A stretch of DNA of 64,000 bases from Candidatus Levyibacteriota bacterium (GCA_027334565.1 DAHWUP010000001.1:16674-80673); one strand, 5' to 3'; shown: positions 28,537 to 38,311, numbered from the stretch's first letter. Translations and numbers: made by a program. Notes: generated by a model from the letters alone, not told the origin.

Positions 28537-28610
28537 GCCGCCATCGTCTAGTGGCCTAGGACGCCAGGTTCTCATCCTGGAAATCGTGGGTTCAACTCCC
28601 ACTGGCGGTA
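28537..28610 (+). tRNA. tRNA-Glu (anticodon CTC)
   Basis: Hand-folded cloverleaf. Acceptor GCCGCCA/TGGCGGT (G1-U72), D-arm TCGTCTAGTGGCCTAGGAC (near-identical to the canonical tRNA-Glu D-arm), anticodon stem CCAGG/CCTGG with loop TTCTCAT, T-arm GTGGGTTCAACTCCCAC, discriminator A, then CC. Confidence 0.8.
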
Positions 28611-28654
28611 CCTAGATTCATATCCGGGGTAGAAACCCGGAAGAAAAACTATGA

Positions 28655-29233
28655 TCAATGATAATCGTAAGGGCCGACAATAACGTTTTTCTCCGCCCTA
28701 CCCAATTCGTCGGTATCCATTCCGTATCCCTGAACCCAGATATTGGGAATCGTAAAACCGGTATAGGTCGGATTAAAATCAACCTCTCTTCTTGCGGGCT
28801 TATCTAAAAGCGTAAGTGTTTCAACGCTTGAAGCGCCCCTTGAACGCGTGAGTTGGTCTACAACCTGAAGCGTTCTGTCGGTATCCGAGACATCGTCAAC
28901 GATAAGAACATGCCTATCCAAGGGGTTTAAATCCATATCCTGGATGATCCTTGGCTCCGAAACAGCCTGGGTTCCGGTCGGATAACTTCTGATAGTTATA
29001 AAACTTAATTCAAGATCCGTCAGTCCCTTATCGTGAAGCATCCCTGCAAGGTCTGCGGTTATTCGGAATGCTCCCTTTAATACTCCCAGAACCAACAGTT
29101 TATCCCCTTTGTATTTTTTGGCGATTTCTTCTGACATTTCTTCTAACCTTTCCTGTATTTGCTCATGGGATATCAACACTTCGCCGGGTAAATATTGTTC
29201 GGGTGATCTAAAGCGCGGGGATTCTGTTAACAT
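28655..29233 (-). CDS. hpt: hypoxanthine-guanine phosphoribosyltransferase
   Basis: PRTase motif HVLIVDDVSDTDRTL and LVLGVLKGAFRITADL. 192 aa. Confidence 0.75.
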   Translation of the reverse strand: MLTESPRFRSPEQYLPGEVLISHEQIQERLEEMSEEIAKKYKGDKLLVLGVLKGAFRITADLAGMLHDKGLTDLELSFITIRSYPTGTQAVSEPRIIQDMDLNPLDRHVLIVDDVSDTDRTLQVVDQLTRSRGASSVETLTLLDKPARREVDFNPTYTGFTIPNIWVQGYGMDTDELGRAEKNVIVGPYDYH

Positions 29234-29315
29234 TATTTAGGCATTATATTTTTATATATTTTTTCTGTCAAGACCATAAATCGAAATATGACAAAATCCG
29301 GCATGGCGTTAGTTT

Positions 29316-31049
29316 TTATCCGAATGTGAATGCGTAAACCTGCGTTCCCGGGGTTTCGAATTCAAGTTTTACAATGTGCGAACCGGTTTGACCCTTTAGA
29401 TCGATAAGATTGTAAAGCCTGTCCGAATCGACCGTGACCGTTCCGTTTTTTACGTCCGAACCGGCGTTGGCATCATTAACCACTTTATCGTCCAAAAAAA
29501 CTTTTATTTTCGCAGTGCCTTGCGTTCCGGGATTTAAAACCAAAAAAACTTTATTCGCATAAAAATCATAAGTTAGTGTCGCCCCGGGACCGGTGATTGC
29601 GTTTTGGGGCGATATATTCCAGCTTCCCCCCAAAGAGAATGAGTTCACAGGCGGGTTTTCGGACAAGGTGAAATTAGTATTTACCACACCCGTATTTCCG
29701 CTTGGATAATAATACTCCATCCTCTGGGCATTAAGATAAGTCTCGGGGGATAAATTGCCTTGTGGTGTTTGGTCGGGAAGATTGTCAAGCTTAACGGTTA
29801 CTTTTTGACCGGCTTCCTTTAAGAGCTCCCGGATCGCCATTTCGGTCCGGTCATACTCCCCTTCGCCGAAATGCGTCCGCCTGACATTTCCGTTTGCATC
29901 TATAAGGTACTCGGCCGGCCAATACTCGTTGTTATAGTTGTTCCAGGTAGCGTAATCGTTATCCTGAGCGACCGGATAACGTATATCAAACATTTTTATT
30001 GCATTCTCAATGTTTGGAGTACTGTGTTCGAACGCAAATTCCGGCGTATGAACGCCGATTACTACAAAACCTTTATCCTTATACTTGTCGTACCAGCTGG
30101 TGACATGAGAAAGGGTTCTGATGCAATTAATGCAGGTATAGGTCCAGAAATCGACCAGCACCACTTTTCCCCGTAAAGCACTGAGCGATAAAGGCTTATC
30201 CGTGTTCAACCAACCGGTAATACCAACAAAACCCGGCGCGGGATAATCCGCGTTAAAAAGCGAACTGTCGGAAAGCGAAGGTAAATTCAATAAGTTCGAA
30301 GATTTTAACGAATTCAACTGTTGAGTCACCGCGGGATTACTTTCGATAGCCGTAAGCGAGTTTGAGTATGACGGAAAATAGTCCAAAAGTTTCGTCTCCA
30401 AGACCCTGTCATAACCGGTCAGTATCAGCAAAGCGGTCAAGATCATGACCACGCCAAAAACCTGCTGAACACGTCCGGTATATTTTGACAACAGTTTCGT
30501 TTTGCCGAAAACCCTGTTTCCAAGACTTGCAAAAATGAAAAGAGGAATCCCCGCTCCGGCCAGGTAAAAGAAAGTAACAAGTACCGTTGCAAGATTTACT
30601 CTAAGAGTAGCCGACAAGGTTGCGATAGTTGCCAGAATCGGTCCGGCGCAGGGAGTCCAGACCACGCCTAAAGCCAGGCCGGTTACCAAACCCGATAAAA
30701 ATCCTGTTTCTTTGGATACATTTAAATTTCCGAATTTTCCGACCAAACGACTAAGGTAAGCTTCCAAATACCGGCCGAATTTCGGGATTATCAGCGAGAA
30801 ACCGAACAGCCCGATCACCAAAACCGCGAAAAGGCGCAGAAGGTTTGTGTCAAACGGAATTATTTTAACAAGATAAGAAATAAAGAGCGTTAAAATGCCA
30901 AACGACAGCATTATTCCGAACGTTATTCCCAAAGGCTTTCTGTGTCCACCGGTTGAAGACGATAAAACCAATGGAAGAATCGGCCAGATACAGGGGGCGA
31001 AAATAGTAATAAGACCCCCCAAAAACGCAAAGACAAATAGCACCAGCAT
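29316..31049 (-). CDS. CcdA/DsbD-like membrane domain fused to a TlpA/ResA-like thioredoxin domain plus a C-terminal beta-rich domain
   Basis: N-terminal FAPCIWPILPLV (CcdA Cys motif) with several TM. Thioredoxin-fold region VVLVDFWTYTCINCIRTL (CxxC). About 180-aa extra C-terminal domain. Confidence 0.7.
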   Translation of the reverse strand: MLVLFVFAFLGGLITIFAPCIWPILPLVLSSSTGGHRKPLGITFGIMLSFGILTLFISYLVKIIPFDTNLLRLFAVLVIGLFGFSLIIPKFGRYLEAYLSRLVGKFGNLNVSKETGFLSGLVTGLALGVVWTPCAGPILATIATLSATLRVNLATVLVTFFYLAGAGIPLFIFASLGNRVFGKTKLLSKYTGRVQQVFGVVMILTALLILTGYDRVLETKLLDYFPSYSNSLTAIESNPAVTQQLNSLKSSNLLNLPSLSDSSLFNADYPAPGFVGITGWLNTDKPLSLSALRGKVVLVDFWTYTCINCIRTLSHVTSWYDKYKDKGFVVIGVHTPEFAFEHSTPNIENAIKMFDIRYPVAQDNDYATWNNYNNEYWPAEYLIDANGNVRRTHFGEGEYDRTEMAIRELLKEAGQKVTVKLDNLPDQTPQGNLSPETYLNAQRMEYYYPSGNTGVVNTNFTLSENPPVNSFSLGGSWNISPQNAITGPGATLTYDFYANKVFLVLNPGTQGTAKIKVFLDDKVVNDANAGSDVKNGTVTVDSDRLYNLIDLKGQTGSHIVKLEFETPGTQVYAFTFG

Positions 31050-31092
31050 AAATAGCTTTCTCCGGTAAGCCCGTCGGGCTTACCGCAAAATG

Positions 31093-31617
31093 TTATTTCG
31101 CAAGGTACCAAACTCCCAGTAATCCGTTTCCGTTTATTTCTCCTGCTTTTGTATCCCCTGCATAGTAATACAAAGGCATACCATTCCACGTATATTGGGT
31201 CTGACCCTGGGCGTTTTTAAAGGTTCCCAAATGCGCCGGAAGATTTGTCGGGACACTACCGCTCACAAGAAACGGCGGCCACTTGCTAAGACATGCCCCC
31301 GTGCAATTGCTGACGTTGGTAGTATCTTTGGCATAGGTATAAAGAGCCATTCCCTTCGGATCGGTCACGTAACTTCCGACTTTGGCACTGTTTGACATCG
31401 CGATCGGCTCCGATACCGCCTGGGTCGGCTGCATAGCAGCGCTTTGTGCGCCGGCTTGTTTAGCCTGATCGAGCTGCGTTTGATAACTTTGAGCCTGGTC
31501 TGCCATCATCTTGGTCAATTTGGTTTTTTCGTAATAATAACCTCCGAACAGACCGACCAAAAGCGCAATCACTCCGACAACTACCATTGGCGCGTATTTA
31601 TTGTTCATAATTTTCAC
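31093..31617 (-). CDS. membrane-anchored secreted protein with PF03640-like (Lipoprotein_15) repeats
   Basis: N-terminal TM, then GSYVTDPKGMALYTYAKDTTNVSNCTGACLSKWPP and a second repeat, GQTQYTWNGMPLYYYAGD. Confidence 0.55.
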   Translation of the reverse strand: MKIMNNKYAPMVVVGVIALLVGLFGGYYYEKTKLTKMMADQAQSYQTQLDQAKQAGAQSAAMQPTQAVSEPIAMSNSAKVGSYVTDPKGMALYTYAKDTTNVSNCTGACLSKWPPFLVSGSVPTNLPAHLGTFKNAQGQTQYTWNGMPLYYYAGDTKAGEINGNGLLGVWYLAK

Positions 31618-31650
31618 CTCCCTTCGGGCAATATCATATCACTCAAATTA

Positions 31651-31869
31651 TTATTTATCACTTAGTTCAAAAACCTCTTCCACTTTTTTCCCGAAAAATT
31701 TTGCAATTATAAAACCAAGCAAAAGCGAAGGGGTATAGTTGCCTTTTTCTATTGCTACGACTGTCTGCCTGGAAACACCGATTCTTTCTGCCAGTTCTCC
31801 CTGGGTAATCCCGAATTTTTTTCTAAATAATGCAACCTTATTTTGGATACCTCCCATATCAACCTTCAT
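31651..31869 (-). CDS. XRE-family helix-turn-helix transcriptional regulator
   Basis: LFRKKFGITQGELAERIGVSRQTVVAIEKGNYTPS. 72 aa. Confidence 0.65.
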   Translation of the reverse strand: MKVDMGGIQNKVALFRKKFGITQGELAERIGVSRQTVVAIEKGNYTPSLLLGFIIAKFFGKKVEEVFELSDK

Positions 31870-32115
31870 TTTCCAAAACTTAATAATGTCAAGCCTGCTT
31901 TACATTATCCTTTTTCACAACCGGAGTCTGTAAACCCGATCACCAACCTTAGCTTCGGAAACCGGTTTTTTTAGACGATAAGTTAGTTCCATATCAAGAG
32001 GTGAATTTTCAAAGAATCATTTTCCCAGATCTTAACGGTTCCGGGAGGGGAAAGAGAAATGAGACGACGCAGCCTGATCGTGGAAGAGTTAATCAAGATA
32101 TTAATCCTATAGTTA

Positions 32116-32144
32116 ATTGACTTACGGCTGTTTTTCTGCTATAA
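32116..32144 (+). promoter_or_regulatory. sigma70-type promoter TTGACT-N17-TATAAT, 10 nt upstream of the ATG (leaderless or near-leaderless mRNA)
   Basis: -35 ttgact at 32116..32121, a 17-nt spacer, -10 tataat at 32139..32144, ATG at 32155. Confidence 0.55.
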
Positions 32145-32154
32145 TTCGCTTCCT

Positions 32155-32523
32155 ATGTCAGCCTTGGAACGAGAACTTACAAACTACTTATATGAGGATT
32201 CGCACACTACGTTGGGCGTTAATAGTCCCGATTTTGACGAAACGGCCTTAAAACCACCGTCCGTGGTCACATTGCTTTTGGATATTAAGCCGGACGTTCC
32301 CCTCACCCAAGCCGCACTCGAACAGCTTCATTCATTGCCGCAGATGATAAGCTTTATCCATGAATATACCGCTTTGGATGTTGAAAAAGGGCTGCCGGAA
32401 GACAAAGCACGTCAACACGTCGGCAGGATGATGTTAAGATTAGCAAAACAGGACGGAGCAGAAACACTTGCAAGATGGCAAAAAGCGGTAAGGGGTTCGG
32501 CAATACTGACAACGGGGTTTTAG
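32155..32523 (+). CDS. hypothetical protein (GC-richer than its surroundings by eye)
   Basis: 122-aa ORF behind a near-consensus promoter, divergent from the XRE regulator. No recognisable motif. Confidence 0.4.
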   Translation: MSALERELTNYLYEDSHTTLGVNSPDFDETALKPPSVVTLLLDIKPDVPLTQAALEQLHSLPQMISFIHEYTALDVEKGLPEDKARQHVGRMMLRLAKQDGAETLARWQKAVRGSAILTTGF

Positions 32524-32640
32524 GTTTTTTTATTTCCGGAAGTATCCTCGAACATTTCCTACCTTACTATCACCTAAAAAGATCCACCGGTGAATGATTG
32601 ATTTTATCAACCTACACCCGATCGGGCAATTTATTCAATT

Positions 32641-34512
32641 ATGTTATATCATGAATTAATGCCTGAGAAATTACGTTTTGTCACAAAAGATTTGGTTATA
32701 TCCGTTGCTTCACTACTAATCGCGTCTTTGTGTTTTGTACTTGATTTGATTTATCCCGGCCGTACTTTTATAGCGTATATCGCCGCTTTTCTCTCTCTTT
32801 TTCCCTACTACCTGCCGATCGCAAGAGCTCTCCTTAGGTTCCAGCTGGACCTTTCCTTACCGCCAATAATCACTATTTATATATTGCTTTTTTTACAAAA
32901 AGGCGACGTCGCTATTGTCTTCATCCTTATCATCCTGACCGGGCATCTGTTCAAAACGATTATTCTCGATAGGGTAAAAGCTTCCATCGTCGGTATCTCC
33001 GATAAGTTGCCAAAAACCGCGGTCATCAAATCCTTGGGCAAAGAAACAGAAATTAATATCTCTTCGATTGGGGTCGGAGATGAATTGGTGGTCAAAAGCG
33101 GTGAAAGAGTGGCCACCGACGCAATTCTTTTATCGGATGAGGCACTCGTGGACGAATCCGTAGTAACAGGAGAATCAAAACCGGTCATAAAGAAAAAGGG
33201 CGACAAGCTGCTTGCAGGATCTATAAATTCCGGAAATTATTTTGAATGCACGGCAAGCGCAACGGCGGAAAATTCTACGCTTTTACAGATTCAAAAACTG
33301 GTCACCAAAGCCCAAAATGAAAAGTCCCCGCTTGCCGATATTGTCAGTAAATATGCCTGGATCACCACCGGCTTGGCCCTTACGGGCGTTTGGATAATTT
33401 TTTTAATAACCCATAACGGTCTTATCGCACTTTCCTTCTGGATAGCCGTTGTTCCGGTAATTTTTGCCATTATCGTACCGGTAGCCACGACAATAGGTAT
33501 CACGATACTCGCAAAACAGGGGATTCTGGTTAAAACCAGCACTTCGCTTGAAAATTTAACCCGCTCAAACACCTTCCTTTTTGATAAAACCGGCACCATA
33601 ACCCGGGGAAAACCCGAAGTTGAATATATTTTGGAAGTTGACGCCAAAAAGAATGAAATATTGCAGATCGCCGCGAGCATAGAAACTTATTCAAATCACC
33701 CGTTGGCGGAACCGATCATAGAAAAATCCAAACAGGAACGATTGAAGCTGTTGGAACTGACAAAAGTTAATACCCTGGTTGGAAAAGGCATGACCGCCTT
33801 ATTTGATAATAAGACGGTATTTTTAGGCAACTATTCTTTGCTTAATGAATTAATGATCAAACCTCCGGTCGGAATTCTTTCCATAATTAAGGACTGGGAG
33901 GGTAAAGGCGCGACTCCCGTTTATGTGGGAGAAAATGGCAAGGTCGAAGGTGTAATATTTCTACTTGATAAATTAAGGCCTGAGGCGAAACCGCTTTTTT
34001 CCGCTCTTAAATCGAGCGGTTATGAAACGATAATTGTTACCGGAGATAAAAAAGAGGTTGCCGAAACCGTAGTTCAACAACTCGATAATGCAAATTTCAT
34101 TGCCGATGTTGCGCCGGAAGGCAAAGTCGATGAAGTCGACAAAAAGGTCAATGAAGGGAAAAACATCGTCATGGTCGGCGACGGAATAAACGACGCACCG
34201 GCCCTTGCCAAAGCACAGGTGGGAATTGCCATGGGCGGAAAAGGCGTGGACCTGACCTTAAATGCCGCAGACATAGTGTTACTAAACAACAATATCGCTT
34301 CTATTCCGGGAATGATTACGATTTCCAAAAAAACTTTCAGAATAATCAAACAGGACGTATTTTTGGCTACCCTTATTCATTCAATTACCGCGATTTTGGT
34401 GATCACGGGTTTCATCACTATCGTAGAAACCACTTTTATACACGAATTTTCATCCGCCCTGGTACTCTTAAACACCGTCCGGTTGTTCCGGATTAAAATC
34501 AACAAAACTTAA
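32641..34512 (+). CDS. P-type cation-transporting ATPase, P1B-like topology with atypical TM4 motif
   Basis: TGES (VTGESKPV), DKTGTITRGKP, VTGDKKEVAE, MVGDGINDAPALAKAQVGIAMG. Four TM before the A-domain, no N-terminal metal-binding domain, and IVPVAT where the CPC motif is expected. Confidence 0.85.
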   Translation: MLYHELMPEKLRFVTKDLVISVASLLIASLCFVLDLIYPGRTFIAYIAAFLSLFPYYLPIARALLRFQLDLSLPPIITIYILLFLQKGDVAIVFILIILTGHLFKTIILDRVKASIVGISDKLPKTAVIKSLGKETEINISSIGVGDELVVKSGERVATDAILLSDEALVDESVVTGESKPVIKKKGDKLLAGSINSGNYFECTASATAENSTLLQIQKLVTKAQNEKSPLADIVSKYAWITTGLALTGVWIIFLITHNGLIALSFWIAVVPVIFAIIVPVATTIGITILAKQGILVKTSTSLENLTRSNTFLFDKTGTITRGKPEVEYILEVDAKKNEILQIAASIETYSNHPLAEPIIEKSKQERLKLLELTKVNTLVGKGMTALFDNKTVFLGNYSLLNELMIKPPVGILSIIKDWEGKGATPVYVGENGKVEGVIFLLDKLRPEAKPLFSALKSSGYETIIVTGDKKEVAETVVQQLDNANFIADVAPEGKVDEVDKKVNEGKNIVMVGDGINDAPALAKAQVGIAMGGKGVDLTLNAADIVLLNNNIASIPGMITISKKTFRIIKQDVFLATLIHSITAILVITGFITIVETTFIHEFSSALVLLNTVRLFRIKINKT

Positions 34513-34517
34513 ATAAA

Positions 34518-35693
34518 CTAAGGGGTTCTAAGCCTTTCTTCTTTGGCGAAAAAGATCTTGTAAAGATAAATGTTTGCCCCCGTCACCAGCGCGTACAAAT
34601 AGAACGGTACGGCGATAAAAGGCGTTGAGAAAAGCGAACCGGACAGCTCGGTGGCGATCGATGAACCCGTCAACCTGACCACCTGGTTGATACCCAGAGC
34701 TCTGCCCCGCTCATTTTCTTCAACCAGCGTGGTGATCGCAGTTTGCTGGATCGGAACGGCCAAAACTCTTAGAGCCGGAGTTATAAAATAGATAAAAAGA
34801 GCCAGGGGCAAGAATTTGACCAAAGGAAGAATAACCAGCATAATTATGCTAATCGCCCTTGAATAGGTGATGCTTTTGACAAAACCGTATTTTTTATCCG
34901 CATAGGGAGCGATCAAAAGAGAACTTGCCGCAATCACCCCGCTTATAAAAGTAAAAGTGGACATACTGTTTTCCGGTAATTTATAAACGATAATAAAAAA
35001 CGGGATCATAAACGGAGTGATCAGGCCTTGGGAAACACCGTTTAATAAACCTGTCAGAGTAAATTTTCCAATCACGAATTTGCTCTCGAGTTTTCTGAAT
35101 TTGCCTTTGATGTCGGGTGTGTACATAAAAAACAAGATGACGGTTCCAAGTAACGAGATCATTCCCGCAAGCAAAAATACCTCTTTAGCGGCGATAAATT
35201 TTACAAATACCGTTCCTATCGCCGCCGCAATCCCGTTCAAAAAAGCGAAAGCAGAATAATAAAACGTCCTTTTCTCTTTGGGTGTCAGATCAGCCAGAAC
35301 GGTATTTTGTATCGGTTGGACCGTGCCTCCGATCCCTCCTCCGGCTAAAGAACCGGTAGCCGAAAAACCGCCCAAAATAGCCGAAATGAATAAAATCGGG
35401 GTTGCATTTGAAAACCAAAGCAAAAAGCTCGACAACGGAAGAAGAAAAGTTGCCAAAATCAAGGTATTCCTCCTGCCCCATAGATCCGTTATCAAACCAA
35501 AGAATAATCCCAGTATGGCTGTTGCCAGAGTCGCCAGGGCAAAAATACTGCCTAAGAACAGAGGGCTTAAATGAAGGTCGTTTAAAACAAGATACGGAAA
35601 CGCGATGGCCAACATTCCCGCCGCTAGGCTCCTGGCGATCCTGGATATTAGAAGAATCCCAAGGGACGAACGAATTTTATCTGTCAATTCCAC
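34518..35693 (-). CDS. MFS transporter
   Basis: 391 aa, about 12 TM. GLITDLWGRRNTLILATF (MFS motif A-like). Confidence 0.7.
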   Translation of the reverse strand: MELTDKIRSSLGILLISRIARSLAAGMLAIAFPYLVLNDLHLSPLFLGSIFALATLATAILGLFFGLITDLWGRRNTLILATFLLPLSSFLLWFSNATPILFISAILGGFSATGSLAGGGIGGTVQPIQNTVLADLTPKEKRTFYYSAFAFLNGIAAAIGTVFVKFIAAKEVFLLAGMISLLGTVILFFMYTPDIKGKFRKLESKFVIGKFTLTGLLNGVSQGLITPFMIPFFIIVYKLPENSMSTFTFISGVIAASSLLIAPYADKKYGFVKSITYSRAISIIMLVILPLVKFLPLALFIYFITPALRVLAVPIQQTAITTLVEENERGRALGINQVVRLTGSSIATELSGSLFSTPFIAVPFYLYALVTGANIYLYKIFFAKEERLRTP

Positions 35694-35747
35694 AATATTT
35701 TCAATTATACATAAAATACGACAGGTAAAAATAGCTTAAATCCCGGT

Positions 35748-38120
35748 TTAATCTACGGGCTCGGGAGGCGATGCATGCAAAATGGGTCTTTGACTTAGTT
35801 TCGGTTCAAGTCTTGGACGCAAAGGCCTTATCAGCGCTATATCCAAAACCTCGTCCATGTGTGAGACAAAGACAAAATCCAGATCTTTTTTAACCTCCTT
35901 GGGTACGTCTTCCAAATCTTTCTTATTATCTTTGGGCAAAATGATGGTTTTTAGGCCGGCGCGATGGGCCGCGATCACTTTTTCCTTGACACCGCCGATC
36001 TCCAGGGCCCTTCCCCTTAAAGTCACTTCACCGGTCATACCGACCGTGCGCTTGACCGGAATCTTGGTTAATGCGGAAACGATTGCCGTAGTGATGGCCA
36101 GACCTGCAGAAGGTCCGTCTTTGGGAACCGCACCTTCCGGAACATGAACATGGACGTCGATTTTCTGATAGAATTTTTCCGGCAAGCCCAAATCCCTGGC
36201 TCTTGCCCGAATGTAAGAAAGCGCGGCCTGACAACTTTCTTTCATTACGTCTCCGAGCTGTCCGGTTAAAAGCAAATTACCTTTTCCGGGCATTAAAGCT
36301 ACTTCTATAAATAGTATGTCCCCGCCGGCCTCGGTCCAGGCCAACCCGGTCGACATCCCTGCTTCGTCCTTTTTCTCGATCAAGGTAGAGCTGACTTTTA
36401 TAGGGCCTAAAAACTTAGGCACATTTTTGTCGGAAACGATAATCTTTTTCTTGCTACCTTCTGCCACCTCCCTGGCAACCTTTCGCAAAATCGAGGCGAT
36501 TTGTCTTTCCAGAGTCCTGACCCCGGCTTCCCTTGTATAATGATCGATCACAAAACGGATCGCGGAATCGGTAATATCTACATGTTTGCCGGTTAAACCG
36601 TGCGCTTCCATTTGTTTCTTCAAAAGAAAGTCTTTGACGATCCTGAATTTTTCTTCCTGCGTGTAACCGGAGAACTGGATCACTTCAAGTCTGTCCCTTA
36701 AAGCCGGTGGTATGGTATCCAAAACATTGGCTGTCGTAACGAACATTACATCCGAGAGATCAAACGGAACCTCAAGGTAGTGATCGGAAAAAAGGTTATT
36801 TTGCTCAGGGTCCAACGCCTCCAAAAGCGCCGATGAAGGATCTCCCCTAAAATCCGCGCCGACCTTATCGATCTCGTCCAGCATGAACACCGGGTTTCTG
36901 GTTCCCGCGTCTTTAATCCCCTGAATGATCCTTCCCGGCATCGCTCCGACATATGTCCTTCTGTGTCCCCTTATCTCGGCTTCATCCCTGATCCCGCCCA
37001 AGGAAATCTTGACGAATTTTCTGCCTAAGGATCTTGCGATGGATTTTCCGATGGAGGTTTTGCCAACGCCCGGCGGTCCGACAAAACAAAGGATCGGTCC
37101 TTTCATTTTTCCCGACAGCTTATGAACCGCCAGATATTCGACTATCCTCTCCTTGACTTTCTCGAGCCCGTAGTGATCTTCGTTTAGAATCTTCTCCGCC
37201 TGTTTGATGTTGACCGTATTCTTGGTTTCAACGCCCCAAGGAAGGCTCAACAGCCAGTCAAGGTAATTTCGGATGTATCCGCCCTCGGGGTTGAACTGGT
37301 TCATCTGTGCCAGCTTTCGAATTTCCTTTTCCGCTTTTTCGGCGATATCGTCGGGCATTTTTGCTTTCTTGAGTTTTTCATACAACTCCTTGATCTCGCT
37401 GTCTTCGTCCGATTCGCCCAGTTCGCTTTGAATGGTCTTAAGTCTTTCCTTAAGCATGACTTCCCTTGCTCCTTTTTCAAACCTTTCCTGTGTTTTTGAG
37501 GCGATCTTTTTCTCAAGCTCCAAAACGCTGATTTCCTTGGACAAAAGGTCGATGACCTTTTCCAAACGCTTTTTGACGTCCAATTCTTCAAGAATGGTTT
37601 GCTTATCCGAGGGCCTAAGCTCTAAAACCGAGGCCACCAGATCTGCAAGTTGCGATGGCGTATTCTCACTCATCACGTTCATGAACACCAAAAAGTCCAC
37701 GAATTTACCCAAGTTTATCGCACGTTTGAATTCGTTTACCAGATGATTGGTCAGGGCTTTGATCTGGGGAGTATCGATAAAAATATCGTCGACTTCCTGA
37801 ACCCTTGCCATCATGAACGGTGAACCTTCAATGTATTCCAGTATGGCGATTCTGGACAATCCCTTGACCTGGGCGTTGATCTCGCCGTCACTTTTAATCA
37901 TGCGTTCGATGTGAGATAATGTACCCACATTATAGAGGTCCGAGGGCGACGGCTCGTTTAGTCTTGAATTCTTCTGTAAGACAAAACCGACGATTCGTTC
38001 CCCGGCAAAGGAGGATTCCAGAGCTGCCAGGCTTTTCGGTCTGCCGAAGGTCAACACCGAATCGGTATTGGGGAAAATGATTCCATCTCTGATTGGAATT
38101 ATAGAAACTATTTTTTCCAT
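35748..38120 (-). CDS. lon: ATP-dependent Lon protease
   Basis: Lon N-domain, Walker A GPPGVGKTS, DEIDK, catalytic PKDGPSAG, 790 aa. Confidence 0.9.
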   Translation of the reverse strand: MEKIVSIIPIRDGIIFPNTDSVLTFGRPKSLAALESSFAGERIVGFVLQKNSRLNEPSPSDLYNVGTLSHIERMIKSDGEINAQVKGLSRIAILEYIEGSPFMMARVQEVDDIFIDTPQIKALTNHLVNEFKRAINLGKFVDFLVFMNVMSENTPSQLADLVASVLELRPSDKQTILEELDVKKRLEKVIDLLSKEISVLELEKKIASKTQERFEKGAREVMLKERLKTIQSELGESDEDSEIKELYEKLKKAKMPDDIAEKAEKEIRKLAQMNQFNPEGGYIRNYLDWLLSLPWGVETKNTVNIKQAEKILNEDHYGLEKVKERIVEYLAVHKLSGKMKGPILCFVGPPGVGKTSIGKSIARSLGRKFVKISLGGIRDEAEIRGHRRTYVGAMPGRIIQGIKDAGTRNPVFMLDEIDKVGADFRGDPSSALLEALDPEQNNLFSDHYLEVPFDLSDVMFVTTANVLDTIPPALRDRLEVIQFSGYTQEEKFRIVKDFLLKKQMEAHGLTGKHVDITDSAIRFVIDHYTREAGVRTLERQIASILRKVAREVAEGSKKKIIVSDKNVPKFLGPIKVSSTLIEKKDEAGMSTGLAWTEAGGDILFIEVALMPGKGNLLLTGQLGDVMKESCQAALSYIRARARDLGLPEKFYQKIDVHVHVPEGAVPKDGPSAGLAITTAIVSALTKIPVKRTVGMTGEVTLRGRALEIGGVKEKVIAAHRAGLKTIILPKDNKKDLEDVPKEVKKDLDFVFVSHMDEVLDIALIRPLRPRLEPKLSQRPILHASPPEPVD

Positions 38121-38135
38121 ATGCTGTTTTTGGTA

Positions 38136-38162
38136 TTAGCACTCTATCATACTAATTGCTAG
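38136..38162. promoter_or_regulatory. CIRCE-like inverted repeat (TTAGCACTC-N9-AATTGCTAG) 16 nt upstream of the lon start
   Basis: The left half is identical to the CIRCE consensus TTAGCACTC. The right half matches GAGTGCTAA at 6 of 9 positions, and the spacer is 9 nt. Confidence 0.4.
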
Positions 38163-38165
38163 AAT

Positions 38166-38230
38166 GTCAAGAGGCTAGCGGCCTCGCCGACCCTGAATGT
38201 GTTTCATGGGTCAAGAGGCTAGCGGCCTCG
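38166..38230. repeat. two copies of a 21-nt direct repeat GTCAAGAGGCTAGCGGCCTCG, each containing a GAGGC/GCCTC hairpin, in the lon/mgtE-N divergent region
   Basis: Exact copies at 38166..38186 and 38210..38230, spaced 44 nt apart. Confidence 0.6.
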
Positions 38231-38281
38231 TGCAGACCAAATTATAACTTGATTCTTAAAATAGGATGAGAATTTTACCGA

Positions 38282-38311
38282 TTGACACAAGATTAGCCAC
38301 AAAACTACAAT
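38282..38311 (+). promoter_or_regulatory. sigma70-type promoter TTGACA-N18-TACAAT ending 9 nt before the ATG (leaderless-type)
   Basis: ttgaca at 38282..38287, tacaat at 38306..38311, ATG at 38321. Confidence 0.5.

Noticed and set aside
28624-28641. GC-rich hairpin CCGGG-GTAGAAA-CCCGG after tRNA-Glu as a terminator
   Set aside because: On the plus strand it is followed by an A-rich tract, and on the minus strand the T-run precedes the stem. Neither is an intrinsic-terminator arrangement. It may still be a processing or structural element.
35857-37125. several 66-104-aa ORFs antisense to or embedded in lon
   Set aside because: They lie entirely within the Lon coding region, which has intact Walker A and catalytic Ser motifs. 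They are typical antisense read-through ORFs.
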